Origin: Lytechinus pictus
Taxonomy: Eukaryota
Direction: 5' to 3'
Length of the DNA: 64,000 nucleotides
NCBI RefSeq assembly: GCF_037042905.1
Contig: NC_087250.1
Location: forward strand, 16,928,001 to 16,992,000
The position numbers were made by a program, and so were the translations under genes. Below the pieces are notes generated by a model. The model was not told the DNA's origin and ran no database searches. It was given only the letters and a program-made list of their open reading frames with translations. This document shows positions 62,598 to 64,000 of the stretch, piece after piece. How positions within the stretch are numbered: the first letter of the stretch is position 1; each line of letters begins with the position of its first letter.

Positions 62598-64000
62598 CGG
62601 GTGAGTGATCTTGCTTTTTCATGATCATAGGCCTGGGCAAAAAAATATGAACAGTTCTATGAGTATCAATGCCAAGCAATCCTGAAAGGTCAATAATGTT
62701 CAATTCTCTTGATGGAGAAGACTATAATTTATCATGGCCCTATTTGCTTTTGCTTTTAGGCCAGTAAGTGTACTAACTAATATAAATAATAATTACATTC
62801 CATTTATTTTAGAGTAATGATCTAATGTTGATGTTACCTATTCTACATTATCTCCCTGCAGCTTTTTGTTACCATTTTGTCATCTTTTAATTTATTTCCC
62901 ACCGTGCTTTTGCATTACATAGGCCTAGTTCGGAATGATTTGTTCTTTCTCAAATGTTCTTCTTTCGTACATTTTCCCGCTTTCCTTCCTTTTCCATTAA
63001 AAATGTTTTTTTCTTCGTTTCTTTTCCCTTTCCCTTTCCTTTTCCTCCTTTCCTTTTCCCCTTTCCTTCCCCTTTCCCTTTCTTTCTACCTCCCTTTTTT
63101 CTTTTTCCCGTTTTTCTTTTATTTTCCCGGTGAAATCCGCCAGGGGGGGGGGGGGCAACTTGCCCCCCCTGCCCCCCCCCCCCCCCCGCCTGTTACGCCA
63201 CTGGCTACGGCATGGTCTTCTGATTCGTGTGAAATTAAATCGACGGGTTGGCTCCCCCACAGTCATTCCAATCGGGCGGAACGGGTAATTATCATAGGTC
63301 CAAGAACTCATGGGCAATGGCAGAGCTAGGGAAGCGATCTGCAGATGTAAGAGGGTTTCCTGTTTGCAATTCTCCCTCTCGATTTTTGTCACTTGTATTT
63401 CTTATTAATCTTTTTACCTCCTCATTTCTTTATTTCCTTGCATTAATTCTTCTTCCTTTTATCTTTGAATCTTTAATCCATTTTTTCCGTCGCCGCAAAT
63501 AGGAGCCCGCTTCAACCCCTATAATCATGTTGCTTTTGTTATCTTTCCTATCCTGATAATTACTGATGTGGTATAAGTGCTTTAGGTTCGTACATTAGCA
63601 ATTCGATAACTATATTTCTTCGGTACACGATTTTCCCTTTCTCTTTCTCATGTTTTTCTTAAATCTTAGTAGTTATTTTTTTTTTCTTCTCTAAATTTCT
63701 TTTCACTCATTTTCCTTTTTTATTCACTTATTTTGCTCTGTATATCTTTTCATGAAATATTGCTAGAAGGGGTTCGCAATCAGATTAAAGTTGCGGCCAA
63801 TTTAACTCCGAGCTTTTATGCTTCATTTTTCTTCATTCTCTTCTTGTTACCTGAATGAACAAAGAATAAAGAACCGTTTCAGCATGGCCACTCCATGTCT
63901 AATTCCCCTCTGTTCCCCTTTCACTCTTTCCCTTCCCCCCTTTATTTTTCCCCCATCGTCCACCAGCTCTCTTTACTTCTTTCCCCTTATTTTCTGTCTC

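Noticed and set aside
62877..63502. F/P/L-rich and K/E/R-rich ORFs
   Set aside because: Low-complexity pyrimidine tract and a G/C-run MITE end.

Overview
AT-rich animal genomic DNA, about two-thirds repeats. The repeat types suggest a sea urchin or other echinoderm (inference). One host gene is reconstructable: a 7-exon minus-strand cytochrome P450 of clan 2 (CYP2-like), CDS 13350-32493, 1599 nt, 532 aa, with an intact heme motif and one GC-AG intron. It is unusual in three ways: charges around its membrane anchor suggest inverted (type II, lumenal or extracellular) topology, it has six N-X-T sequons, and its I-helix lacks the catalytic acid. The second standout is an 8.7-kb ORF-less element (44486-53229) with split direct repeats A1...B1-A2-spacer-B2, inserted through a shared ATAA core, which fits a young non-autonomous tyrosine-recombinase (Ngaro/PAT-type) retroelement. 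Also present: an intact Gypsy LTR retrotransposon with apparently identical 1100-bp LTRs and a -1 frameshift signal, two decayed CR1/L2-type LINEs, a SINE with a 7SL-derived head, an AcademH-like element with a RecQ helicase remnant, a five-level transposon nest containing a 4.8-kb foldback, an RSS-like Transib-type end, and many MITEs and simple repeats. All calls were made by eye, without database searches.
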